The notes under the pieces were generated by a model. It worked only from the letters and a program-made list of their open reading frames with translations, did no database searches and was not told the DNA's origin. Positions 1-8,477 of a stretch of 64,000 bases of DNA are shown piece by piece. The number at the start of each line of letters is the position of its first letter. Position 1 is the first letter of the stretch. Origin of the DNA: an uncultured Candidatus Saccharibacteria bacterium (lineage in GTDB: Bacteria > Patescibacteriota > Minisyncoccia > Phycocordibacterales > JAKAEA01); assembly GCA_964577595.1 (NCBI GenBank), contig CAZNZK010000004.1:27294-91293 (forward strand), read 5' to 3'. A program made the position numbers and the translations under genes.

Positions 1-134
1 GCTTCCGTTATCGGCCATATCCTTATCACCACCGTGAACGCCGTTTTAACTGCTGGCGGCAACAATTTACCTAATCAGTCCGATCTAACTTGTACACAGT
101 AAAAGTGTATAATCATAATTAATTATCCACACCC

Positions 135-479
135 ATGACCAGCCTGCAACAACTCGTCGCCGCCCTTGTCGGCTTAGCCAATAGCATTATCCCGCTCATG
201 TTGGCGATTGCCGTCATTGTGTTTATTTGGGGCATCATTAATTTCCTCTGGCATCCTGACAAGCCAGATCTTCGTAGTCAAATGAAAACATTCATGATTA
301 TGGGTGTTATTTCCATTGCGGTCATTCTTTCTATTTGGAGCTTGGCTTCATTACTCAAAAACACCCTATTCCCCTCGGCGCCTTGCCCTATAGGCATTCC
401 TGGTTGTGGCGGTACCTCTTCCACGGCCTTGCCAACCTATTCTTCTGGTCCAACTCAAAGCGGTACACCACTTAATTAA
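135..479 (+). CDS. Small two-TM membrane protein, VirB2/TrbC pilin-like (paralog 1 of 3)
   Basis: 114 aa with two hydrophobic helices (…IIPLMLAIAVIVFIWGIINFLW… and …FMIMGVISIAVILSIW…) separated by a short charged loop. It shares the FIW and hydrophobic-FGI-like pattern with the next two ORFs. This topology is typical of conjugative T4SS pilins. Confidence 0.45.
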   Translation: MTSLQQLVAALVGLANSIIPLMLAIAVIVFIWGIINFLWHPDKPDLRSQMKTFMIMGVISIAVILSIWSLASLLKNTLFPSAPCPIGIPGCGGTSSTALPTYSSGPTQSGTPLN

Positions 480-602
480 CAAAATTTTTATAGACGAAGT
501 CTTATCCACAGGGTTATCTTCAGGCGCTTGCATTTATGGGGCGTGCTTATATAATGAAGACACAAAAATCGTCGCTTAATTAAAGAGCTTATTACTAAAA
601 AT

Positions 603-1031
603 ATGAAAAAAATCGCTTCTTCTGTTGGGCTCATTGTTGGGGGTTTACTCGCCGCTTTGCCGTTCTCAGCTCTTGCGGCCACTGATGCTGGTGGCGTTGG
701 TCAGAATATTATCGGTCAAGCTACCGGCATAGCGCAATCGGCTGGCACACTGGCTAACCAACTCACCCTTACGCTTAATCTTGTTATTGGTGTTCTTATT
801 GCCCTATCGATTGTTGTGTTTATTTGGAGTATTATCAGGTATATCCTTCTGGCGAAATCTGATGATGATAAGAACAGTGCAAAAAAGCAAATGTTGTGGA
901 GTATTGTAGCTATTGCTGTGATTGTTGGTATTTTTGGCATCGCCAACCTTCTTTTGGCCACGTTTGGTGTAAATAATAATCGTCTAAACAACAACCAAAT
1001 TCCAGTAGTTCCTGTTAATGTCTATCAATAA
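603..1031 (+). CDS. Small secreted two-TM membrane protein, VirB2/TrbC pilin-like (paralog 2)
   Basis: 142 aa with an N-terminal signal peptide (MKKIASSVGLIVGGLLAALPFSALA) followed by two TM helices carrying the conserved IVVFIWSII and IFGIANLL motifs. Confidence 0.5.
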   Translation: MKKIASSVGLIVGGLLAALPFSALAATDAGGVGQNIIGQATGIAQSAGTLANQLTLTLNLVIGVLIALSIVVFIWSIIRYILLAKSDDDKNSAKKQMLWSIVAIAVIVGIFGIANLLLATFGVNNNRLNNNQIPVVPVNVYQ

Positions 1032-1065
1032 TATTTAGGTTTTCAGTAGGGTAAATTACTAAATC

Positions 1066-1431
1066 GTGAACCCCTCTCACTTACTCGCGGCGACGGGCGC
1101 AGCAGCTAATGGTATTTCTGCCAGCCCGATATATCAGGCAATTCGCGACGACATTATTCTGCCACTCATTACTCTGGCTTTTGCTGTCGCGCTTATTATC
1201 TTTATTTGGGGCGCGCTCGGCTATATTTTAGCCTTGCGCAAGGGCGACACTGATGTGGGTCGGCAGAATGGCCAGCGACACATGTTTTGGGGCGCTATCG
1301 GCATGGCTATTATGATTTCCGTTTTCGGCATCCTGCAATTCATTATTGGCACCCTGCAAAGCCTACCGGGGGGTACTACCGGCTGGAATGGCCAGGCCCC
1401 CTACACGCCGCCGGAGGTGAGTGGTTTATAA
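1066..1431 (+). CDS. Small two-TM membrane protein, VirB2/TrbC pilin-like (paralog 3)
   Basis: 121 aa with the same architecture (…ALIIFIWGALGYILAL… then a basic loop, then …MAIMISVFGILQF…). It forms a tandem array with the two upstream paralogs. Confidence 0.45.
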   Translation: MNPSHLLAATGAAANGISASPIYQAIRDDIILPLITLAFAVALIIFIWGALGYILALRKGDTDVGRQNGQRHMFWGAIGMAIMISVFGILQFIIGTLQSLPGGTTGWNGQAPYTPPEVSGL

Positions 1432-1504
1432 AATTCTTTGCAAGAAAAAACCCCTCACCAATGTGGTGCGGGGTTTCGTGTTTTCGGCTTTCAGTTAACT
1501 AACG

Positions 1505-2545
1505 TCACTGGTCGTGCCGAAGTTCCAACCAGTAGGTGAAGGTGACATCCTTACTGCCGGTGTTGAGGACGCGAACGATGTTCTCGTTGATGTCGGGAAG
1601 CAGGTTCGTGCCCATTTCCGGCCGGAATTCATACCAGTCATCCTTGCTGGCGGGGTTTTGTTTGACGCACATTGCCACCTTGCCGGTTTCGCTGCAATGG
1701 AAGCGGTAGTGGCCGATGATTGCGCCGTTTGCCAGCTCAGTGAGCGTGATGTCGCACTCCTGACACGGTTTGAGAGTTACCACAACCGCTTCGCCCTTGC
1801 CGCTGAGGCTTTCCGGCAGGATGGGGGCGAGGCTGCCCGGCTGACGCGCGAACGTTGACTGGGTAGCTTTCGCAGGTGCTTCCGGGCCGACGGGCGCCTT
1901 TGGGGTTGCTGGGGTTTCAGGCAACATCACGAAACTTAAACTTTGCTTGTCGACCATAATGGTCATAAGCTTAGTACCGGCTTCGTTTTCGGCTGCTACC
2001 GCAACTTGATCCTGCCCCGCCGGAATAACAACCGGCACCTTGATGATTTGGCCGGGGGACGCGGCGTACCTGACGGTAGCGCCTGTTGCGTCCTTGCCAA
2101 CATCAAGGTAGACGATGTTGCTCGTCGTATTTTCATACGTGAGCGTTATCGTCACGGGCTGGGTGGTCGGCTGCGGATTGCTCGGGGTGGCAAAGAGCCA
2201 CCAGAAGAAATAGCAAACGACCACAAGCACGAGGATGCCAGCACTTGTTGCCACCACGGTGGCAATCAAGGTGCCAATAGCGCCAACGATCCACGCTGCC
2301 CACTTCTTGATTTTCTGGGCGATTGTTGCCCCGGGTACCGCTGTGCGAGCTGGCGGTGTTGCGGCGGGAGGGGTGCCGCCTGTTGCTGTGCCGGTGCCAG
2401 CCGCGGCGCTCGTCTTGTTTTTGTGCAAGAGAGCGACGAGCCCGGCAATACTGGCGCTGATGGCTGTGACGATTATGCCGACGATCACGCAAAGCGCGAT
2501 AATGAGCACAATCACACCGACTACGATCCATATCAAGGAACTCAT
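1505..2545 (-). CDS. Hypothetical membrane protein with a Cys-containing C-terminal domain
   Basis: 346 aa with N-terminal TM helices, a Pro/Thr/Ala-rich linker, and a C-terminal region with CQEC…HYRFHC…MC residues. It is a clean long ORF. Confidence 0.5.
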   Translation of the reverse strand: MSSLIWIVVGVIVLIIALCVIVGIIVTAISASIAGLVALLHKNKTSAAAGTGTATGGTPPAATPPARTAVPGATIAQKIKKWAAWIVGAIGTLIATVVATSAGILVLVVVCYFFWWLFATPSNPQPTTQPVTITLTYENTTSNIVYLDVGKDATGATVRYAASPGQIIKVPVVIPAGQDQVAVAAENEAGTKLMTIMVDKQSLSFVMLPETPATPKAPVGPEAPAKATQSTFARQPGSLAPILPESLSGKGEAVVVTLKPCQECDITLTELANGAIIGHYRFHCSETGKVAMCVKQNPASKDDWYEFRPEMGTNLLPDINENIVRVLNTGSKDVTFTYWLELRHDQ

Positions 2546-2671
2546 AGAAAATCTCCAATAAAGGGTTCTCCGGAAGTTTGTGTGTCCGAAACGTTCGGAA
2601 CAGGTAAATCTGCTAACATTCTAGCATATTATAGAAAAAAGTCAAGTGTTTCTACGGCCTAGCTTAGCCAT

Positions 2672-2697
2672 GAAAAAGCCAGTCCGGGGAGGACTGG
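2672..2697 (-). terminator. Rho-independent terminator downstream of the SPFH gene
   Basis: On the minus strand, CCAGTCC-TCCCC-GGACTGG is followed by CTTTTTCAT. Confidence 0.5.
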
Positions 2698-2728
2698 CTG
2701 GAAAGAACGGTTGAAAAACTAGAGGAAC

Positions 2729-4105
2729 TTAGGTGGAATTGGGCCGCTGTGCCTTGGGTCGTCCCGATTTGGACGGTGGTGCTGGTGCCGGAGGTTGGGC
2801 GGGCGCTGAGGCCTGGGGCGGCTCGGGCGCGTGAGTTGGGGGCGGAACCGGAGTGGGCTGGGGTGGCGGATTTAGGTTTACTAAAGGAGTAGCATTTGCT
2901 CCCGGGAAGAAAACAGTGCTTACTCCTTTGAGCCCTGAACCAAACGCCTCGTTGGCCGCAACTGTTGCCATGGCTGGCGAAGTGTTGAGGGCCGCACCTT
3001 GCTTGGTATAGATTTCGGCTTGCTGGTTACCGACAAGGTCAAGGGCCTGTTTTTTGCCCTCGGCTTCTAGGATGGCGGCCTGCTTGTTACCTTCAGCAAG
3101 AGTAATGAGCGCTTGTTTTTCACCAAGAGCTTGGACTGCTTTGGCTTTACCGGCCCGTTCTTTCTCGGCGATGTCCGCGTCACCCTTAAGTTCGGCTATT
3201 TTCTTGGCTTCCAGCGCTGTTTGTTCCGCGGGCTTGCCGACGCTATAACCCTTGAAGTCAAAGGAGATAACCTCCATACCCGACGTTCTTCTAACGCTAG
3301 TATCCAGCTTCATTGCCTCAAGAATCGCTTCTTCTAGATGAGCAAAGGTGCCCGGAGTACTGATGGTTCCCGGAGTGCCGACTTTGTCGGCGGCAAGAAA
3401 GTCATCAATTTTTTTGCCTCGAAGAGCGTTGATGAGGATGCCCTCTATAGCGGCTCGTACTTTTGCGAACCATTCGCCACGAAGAATGATTACCGGAGTG
3501 TATGGGTCAAATGCTCGTACAGTGAATGCGCCACGAATGGTGACACGAAATGCTCCTTCCAGTTCAATGTCTTTCACTGTGATGGGATAGACAAATTGGG
3601 AGGCTAGATAGTCCGTCCTCGTCGTGCGGTGCATGATTCCTTCAACCTCATCACGCGCATAGCCCTCCTGGTTGGGGGGGTCGCCGGGGCGGATTTCCCG
3701 ATCATAGGAGAAGTCGTAGTCCCAAATCCGATGGGGAGGAAGACCAATCAAATAGACGCCAAACAGTCTTTCACAAAAACTGGGCCGCTGTGATTCGTCT
3801 TCACTGTTAGGGTCTGGTTCTGTTTGCCAAGGATTCCGACAGTCTTCGGGGTGGTGGACAAGTTTCCATCCCCGTAGCCGGTAGATAATCTTGACGATAT
3901 CTCCAGATTTTTCGTAGCCGCCTTTCGTGAGGAATTTGAATTTTCCGTCCTCACGGAAGGTAAACAGAATGTTTTTTTCTGCCAGCAGGCTGAAAGCCTA
4001 ACGAAGCAGAACTAAACATCCGGGGAGCGCGATTGCCACAATGACAACCACGACAGCGATGCACAACAGTGCAAAGAGTAACAGGAATAGTAAAAACGCA
4101 AACAT
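2729..4105 (-). pseudogene. SPFH/band-7 (stomatin/HflC-like) membrane protein interrupted by one in-frame TAG at 4000..3998
   Basis: The minus-strand ATG at 4105 encodes an N-terminal TM helix (MFAFLLFLLLFALLCIAVVVVIVAIALPGCLVLLR). A TAG follows at 4000..3998. The same frame then runs without another stop into an SPFH domain (…KFLTKGGYEKSGDIVKIIYRLRGW…AILEAEGKKQA…) ending at 2729. The total of 1377 nt is divisible by 3. The ORF-track entry 2729..3751 is only the part after an internal TTG. Confidence 0.6.
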
Positions 4106-4248
4106 GCGAACCTCACTTTCAAGTCAAAGGTTTTGTTTCTAGTCAAATAACAATCTGTGCGTGATTATATCACTTTTTTGAGCTATGTCAATATTTTTTC
4201 AGGCCGTGAGGTGCGGTGCCCGACCAAAATAAGTGGTACCTCGTGTAG

Positions 4249-4331
4249 TGGGCGGGGAGGGACTTGAACCCTCAACCCCTTGCGGGACATGGTCCTAAGC
4301 CATGCGCGTCTGCCAATTTCGCCACCCGCCC
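4249..4331 (-). tRNA. tRNA-Leu (anticodon TAG)
   Basis: Cloverleaf GGGCGGG…CATGG-CTTAGGA-CCATG…long variable arm…GAGGG-TTCAAGT-CCCTC-CCCGCCC-A. CCA is not encoded. Confidence 0.8.
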
Positions 4332-4373
4332 GTTTTTACTGTTACTGCATTTCTTTATATCGTGTCTGCCGTG

Positions 4374-4446
4374 TCCGCCCAGTAGGAGTCGAACCTACGA
4401 CATTCCGCTTAAGAGGCGGCTACTCTACCAGCTGAGTTATGGGCGG
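4374..4446 (-). tRNA. tRNA-Lys (anticodon CTT)
   Basis: 73 nt with acceptor CCGCCCA/TGGGCGG, D-arm ACTC-AGCTGGTA-GAGT, anticodon loop CTCTTAA, T-arm GTAGG-TTCGACT-CCTAC. Confidence 0.75.
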
Positions 4447-5184
4447 GGTCTTCTTGTGTAGATTAGCAGGTCTTTTAGTGTTTCGCAATTTATTCCACCC
4501 CTGTTTGTGTATAGACGTATCTTTTATCGTGTCTTTTAGAGTGCCTTGGATCCAGCCAAATATTCTATGTTTTAAATCTGTACTTTTTGGAATAGTAATT
4601 TTTATGGTGCCATAATACAAAACATTTTTCTTCCAGTTTTTATTAGTCGGTTTGATATAACTTTTGCCGAAATTCTCCAGGGGGATATCGCACAACTCCG
4701 ACCAAAAACGTTTTATTGATTTTTCATTTTGTTGATTGTAAATATTGAGGCGGGCTCGCAGGAAGTGGGGTGAAATGAGAAATACCTCCTCAATCCAATG
4801 AACCATGAATAAAATTAAAGACGGATCGGAGTTGGTCATTTCAAATCCTTTACCTTTTGTTCCCTCTGCCCAATACAGAAAACAACCAAGAAGCCGCACG
4901 GTCTCCTTTGAAAGAGGCACCACTACTTCTTTTGAGGCGGTGTTGATGATTTCGTCGATCTCTTTTCTTCTACGCGCAGTCTGATTTTTTAGTGATGCAT
5001 TTAGTAGGATGATTTGTTTTGTGTATAAGGCCTTTCGTTGGCTTTCAGTAAGTACAATTTCTTTCAGAAAAAAACTTAAGGTACTTTTGGAAAGTCCGGT
5101 TTGTTTTCTGATATCTCCGTAACTCAATCCTTGTTTACGGAGGGTGATTGCTTTCTGTTTAATTTCCTCAGAGACTTTTCGCAC
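4420..5184 (-). CDS. HTH-domain protein with a LAGLIDADG-like (homing-endonuclease-like) core; its 3' end overlaps tRNA-Lys
   Basis: 254 aa. The N-terminal HTH (ITLRKQGLSYGDIRKQTGLSKSTLSFFLK) resembles resolvase/IS30-type HTH. The central LLGCFLYWAEGTKGKGF resembles the LAGLIDADG motif. The last 27 nt overlap the tRNA-Lys 5' region. Confidence 0.45.
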   Translation of the reverse strand: MRKVSEEIKQKAITLRKQGLSYGDIRKQTGLSKSTLSFFLKEIVLTESQRKALYTKQIILLNASLKNQTARRRKEIDEIINTASKEVVVPLSKETVRLLGCFLYWAEGTKGKGFEMTNSDPSLILFMVHWIEEVFLISPHFLRARLNIYNQQNEKSIKRFWSELCDIPLENFGKSYIKPTNKNWKKNVLYYGTIKITIPKSTDLKHRIFGWIQGTLKDTIKDTSIHKQGWNKLRNTKRPANLHKKTPPITQLVE

Positions 5185-5246
5185 CGAGGAATTTTATCAA
5201 CCAAAGATACTATCGGGGAATAGTATTTCTGTGTTTTAGTAAGAAT

Positions 5247-5612
5247 TTACTTGGCCAGCGTGCCTGGCGCAATTCCCGCATTTGGTTCAAGCAGGGAAAA
5301 ATTGCCGGCGGTGTCGGAAACGGCGAAAAGCATGCCGTTACTTTCGTGGCCGCGAATGGTACGGGGTTCCAAGTTAGCAACAAACATGCAGGTTTTGCCG
5401 ACGAGAATTGTCGGATCAGGGAAATACGCAGAAATGCCCGAAACAATTTGGCGTGGCTTTGGCTTTGTGGTGCCATCGACTGCTGTTTCGGTTTCAGCAA
5501 AATCAACCGAGAGTTTTAAAAGCTTGTCGGTATCAGGAATTTTTTCAGCCGAAAGGATTTTGCCGGCGCGAATTTCAATTTTTTTAAAGTCGTCAAAGGT
5601 GATAGTGCTCAT
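5247..5612 (-). CDS. tRNA-binding domain protein (CsaA/Trbp111/EMAP-like)
   Basis: MSTITFDDFKKIEIRAGKILSAEKIPDTDKLLKLSVDF…ILVGKTCMFVANLEPRTIRGHESNGMLFA matches the OB-fold tRNA-binding domain. Start chosen at the internal ATG 5612. Confidence 0.7.
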   Translation of the reverse strand: MSTITFDDFKKIEIRAGKILSAEKIPDTDKLLKLSVDFAETETAVDGTTKPKPRQIVSGISAYFPDPTILVGKTCMFVANLEPRTIRGHESNGMLFAVSDTAGNFSLLEPNAGIAPGTLAK

Positions 5613-5911
5613 GGTTTTGAATTCTCCTGCATAAAACGGAAATAATCGGCCCAGGTTTCTTCGGTAATAGCTTGGCAAGTTTCTTCCGAAAGGGGCGGCA
5701 GGGTGTTTTTATGCTCGGCAAAGTATGTGATAAGTTCTGGGCCGGAAAGGGCCGCGACGGCTTTTTGCGTGGCTTCGTCGGTCGTCTCAATGTATTTGGT
5801 AAGAATGTCCTCCGTAATTATGTCTTGTACCTCGGTAATAATAGCGTCAAGCTCGCCTTCTTCGGCACCAAGTGAAAGCAGTTTTTCTTTTGTGGTTGTG
5901 GTGTCGTGCAT
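5609..5911 (-). CDS. Hypothetical small acidic protein
   Basis: 100-aa ORF, 4-nt overlap with the downstream gene (operon-like). Confidence 0.4.
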   Translation of the reverse strand: MHDTTTTKEKLLSLGAEEGELDAIITEVQDIITEDILTKYIETTDEATQKAVAALSGPELITYFAEHKNTLPPLSEETCQAITEETWADYFRFMQENSKP

Positions 5912-5922
5912 AATCGCTTTAG

Positions 5923-6222
5923 TTATTTTTTCTCGGCAGGCTTCTTCTCCTCGGACTTCTTTTCTGTTGGTTTCTTGTCTGTGGATTTCCCTTTTGTGTC
6001 TTTAATGCCGGCGTACATGGCCGCGCCACCGCCGAGCATGATGGCGAAAGGGGTGGCCCAGCCGAGGGCGATGAGAGCGGCAACGCCGAGGCCTGTTGCC
6101 GTCACCGCCGACGCAATAGGGAAGGCTCTGCTATTTTTGATTTTCTCGCGGGACTTTTTCAGCCACTCCGCGTTGAGTAGGTTGAACGGTGATTTTTCCT
6201 GACTCGGTGCTTTTTCGCTCAT
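5923..6222 (-). CDS. Hypothetical small membrane protein with a Lys/Glu-rich tail
   Basis: 99 aa with a central TM segment and a KKPTEKKSEEKKPAEKK tail. Confidence 0.4.
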   Translation of the reverse strand: MSEKAPSQEKSPFNLLNAEWLKKSREKIKNSRAFPIASAVTATGLGVAALIALGWATPFAIMLGGGAAMYAGIKDTKGKSTDKKPTEKKSEEKKPAEKK

Positions 6223-6248
6223 AAAAAGAGTATAGCAGATTTTTAGTG

Positions 6249-6336
6249 TGGTGCCCGGGGCCGGAATCGAACCGGCAGGAGCGTTTGGCTCATAACATTT
6301 TAAGTGTTACGTGTTTACCAATTTCACCACCCGGGC
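6249..6336 (-). tRNA. tRNA-Leu (anticodon TAA), CCA encoded
   Basis: GCCCGGG acceptor, anticodon stem-loop TAACA-CTTAAAA-TGTTA, long variable arm, T-arm GG-TTCGATT-CC, 3' CCCGGGC-A-CCA. Confidence 0.8.
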
Positions 6337-6352
6337 AATTTACTTATCACGG

Positions 6353-6423
6353 CATCATTTTGCATGAGCTTTCGCCGGGGCTTGCATCGTTCATCTCCCC
6401 AAGAAAGCTCATGCAAAATGATG
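6353..6423. repeat. Perfect 21-bp inverted repeat (catcattttgcatgagctttc / gaaagctcatgcaaaatgatg) with a 29-nt spacer, lying between two tRNA genes
   Basis: The arms 6353..6373 and 6403..6423 are exact reverse complements. The right arm ends 2 nt before the tRNA-Cys 3' end. Confidence 0.7.
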
Positions 6424-6424
6424 T

Positions 6425-6500
6425 TGGAGGCGTAGACCGGAGTTGAACCGGTGCATAGCAGTTTTGCAGACTGCCGCGTTAACCACTTCGCCACTACGCC
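6425..6500 (-). tRNA. tRNA-Cys (anticodon GCA), CCA encoded
   Basis: GGCGTAG acceptor, anticodon arm GCAGT-CTGCAAA-ACTGC, T-arm ACCGG-TTCAACT-CCGGT, discriminator U followed by CCA. Confidence 0.8.
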
Positions 6501-6877
6501 GTTTTTTCTTCTATTGTTTCTATGCCGCGCTGAAATTGCTTTTGATGTGCTTCCTCCTGATTGGAAAGCTCGTCCATCCGCTGACGATTCTTTTCGCCGA
6601 CGTCAATGGCGAAAGCAACCTTTGGCAACATACGCATTCGCGCGTGTAAAATGACGTATGCTCCGAATTCTCGCCTTTTTCTGCCTAAGAAGTCAAGGAC
6701 GGCCGCTTCGCGTGTGGTGGGTAATACAGTTATATAGATAGTGATATTGCGGCCACGATTGGCTTCTTCGGCGTGGGTGACGGTGATTAGCGATTGGCCG
6801 GCCGATTCGCGGTTGATAAACTCCGCGGCTAGCTCCGCAAAGATAGTTTCAGCTCGGGCGCTTTTAAGGGAGGCCAT
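6494..6877 (-). CDS. rbfA: Ribosome-binding factor A
   Basis: 127 aa; …SLITVTHAEEANRGRNITIYITVLP… fits the RbfA pattern. It lies immediately downstream of infB, the canonical operon order. Confidence 0.75.
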   Translation of the reverse strand: MASLKSARAETIFAELAAEFINRESAGQSLITVTHAEEANRGRNITIYITVLPTTREAAVLDFLGRKRREFGAYVILHARMRMLPKVAFAIDVGEKNRQRMDELSNQEEAHQKQFQRGIETIEEKTA

Positions 6878-6878
6878 G

Positions 6879-8477
6879 TTATTTTTCTACGATAATAAAA
6901 GCTTCTAAGCGGTCGCCAGGCACAATGTCAAACTTTGATTCCACCATGGCGCCGAATTCCTGACCTTCCGGGATTTCGGTGGCTTTGGTTTTCTGACGCT
7001 GCAGTTCGCGCACTCGGCCGCGGCCGATTTCAAAGTCGCGGCGCATAATTTTTACTTCCGCGCCGAGTTTCATGAGACCTTTTTCCACGCGGCCGCCGAG
7101 GATCTGTTTGTCTTTTGCGCGACTGAAAAGTTTGAGGACTTTGGCGGTGCCGGTGGGCTCCTCCACTTTCATTTTTGGTACCTGATTTACCGCGTGTTCG
7201 CCGAGCCATTCGGAAAGCTTGTAAATAATGTCAAAAAGCTGGATGTTGACGCCACTATTTTGGCTCATGCCTTTGGCGGCACTACCGACACCAACACCGA
7301 AACCGAGAATAATTGCTTTTTTATCGGACAGGGCGGTTTTTATATCGCTTTCGTTAACATCGCCGATGCCGCTACTGACGACTTTGATAGTAAGGCGGTC
7401 GTGGTGGATTTTTGCCACTTCTTGTTTTAAAGCATCCAAGCCGCCGACGTCAGCGGCTTTGAGAATGAGGGGCAGAGAACCAACAGGCATTTCTTCGGCG
7501 GGTTCGGTGGTTGTTCCAGTAGCAGTAACAGCCGCTGGCTTAGCGCTTGGCCTCATCACTCGCGGTTTTTGTTCCGAACGCTTATTTTTTTCAGTTTCAA
7601 TGAATACCTCAGCTTCTTTCTTTGAATCAAATGTTTGAAATGGGGAACCGACGGGTGGTAATTCGCTCCAACCGAAAAGGCGCACAGGGCTTGAGAAGCT
7701 TGCCTCTTTTATAGGAGCGCCAGCGGTGGTTTCCATGACACGCACTGGGGTGGAGGCGAGGCCGGCGACAATAGTGGTCCCAGTGCGGATGGTGCCGTTC
7801 TTAATAATAAGCGTGGCAGCAATGCCTTTTTTGCGGTCTATGGCCGCGTCAACGATAATGCCGGTAGCCGGCACATTTGCGTCGCCAGTGAGCGCGGCAA
7901 GGTCGGCGGTCAAATCCACCATGTCCAAAAGCTCGGGCACGCCTTGGCCAGTTTTGGCCGAAATAGCTACCCAGGAGACGTCGCCACCGTAGCCTTCAAC
8001 ATAAATGTCATTTTCGGCGAGATTGGTTTTGGTGCGCTCTACGCTGGCGCCCTCTTTGTCTATCTTATTGATGGCAACAATAAAAGGGATTTTAGCGGTA
8101 CGGATAGCGTCGCGAGCTTCAATAGTTTGCGGGCGGACGCCATCTTCGGCGGAAACAACTAAAATGGCAATGTCGGCAACATTAGCACCGCGCGAACGGA
8201 TGGCGGAAAAAGCTTCATGACCAGGCGTATCCAAAAAAGTAATACGACGCAGAACAGCTTCTGCACCATTGCCGCCAGTGGCGGTGCGCTCCACTTCATA
8301 AGCCGAAACTTTCTGGGTAATGCCGCCAGCTTCGCCGTCAACGGTGTTGGTGCGGCGAATGTAATCCAAGAGGGTGCTTTTGCCGTGGTCAACGTGCCCT
8401 AAAACCGCCACCACCGGAGGGCGGGATAGGGTGCCGTTGTTGGCAATTTTTATGGTGTTTTTATTTTTTGTTGGCAT
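6879..8477 (-). CDS. infB: Translation initiation factor IF-2 (short form)
   Basis: G1 motif VAVLGHVDHGKSTLLD, DTPGH, NKID. It has domain II and the C-terminal domains but lacks the long N-terminal region. Confidence 0.9.
   Translation of the reverse strand: MPTKNKNTIKIANNGTLSRPPVVAVLGHVDHGKSTLLDYIRRTNTVDGEAGGITQKVSAYEVERTATGGNGAEAVLRRITFLDTPGHEAFSAIRSRGANVADIAILVVSAEDGVRPQTIEARDAIRTAKIPFIVAINKIDKEGASVERTKTNLAENDIYVEGYGGDVSWVAISAKTGQGVPELLDMVDLTADLAALTGDANVPATGIIVDAAIDRKKGIAATLIIKNGTIRTGTTIVAGLASTPVRVMETTAGAPIKEASFSSPVRLFGWSELPPVGSPFQTFDSKKEAEVFIETEKNKRSEQKPRVMRPSAKPAAVTATGTTTEPAEEMPVGSLPLILKAADVGGLDALKQEVAKIHHDRLTIKVVSSGIGDVNESDIKTALSDKKAIILGFGVGVGSAAKGMSQNSGVNIQLFDIIYKLSEWLGEHAVNQVPKMKVEEPTGTAKVLKLFSRAKDKQILGGRVEKGLMKLGAEVKIMRRDFEIGRGRVRELQRQKTKATEIPEGQEFGAMVESKFDIVPGDRLEAFIIVEK

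Noticed and set aside
2596-2660. Apparent TTGACT/TATAAT promoter pair upstream of the 1505..2545 gene
   Set aside because: The two hexamers are only 6 nt apart on the minus strand, so they cannot form a functional -35/-10 pair. Only the isolated TATAAT might be meaningful.
3748-3954. 68-aa minus ORF and the track's 2729..3751 boundary
   Set aside because: 3748..3954 is an alternative frame overlapping the SPFH coding frame. The SPFH frame itself is open from 3997 down to 2729, and the track merely starts at an internal TTG.
3998-4000. Idea that the in-frame TAG/TAA codons indicate stop-codon reassignment
   Set aside because: TAG terminates thrS, and TAA terminates clpB, topA and many others in this same window. 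Long ORFs are intact under the standard code. Reassignment is not supported, so the codons are treated as lesions or errors.
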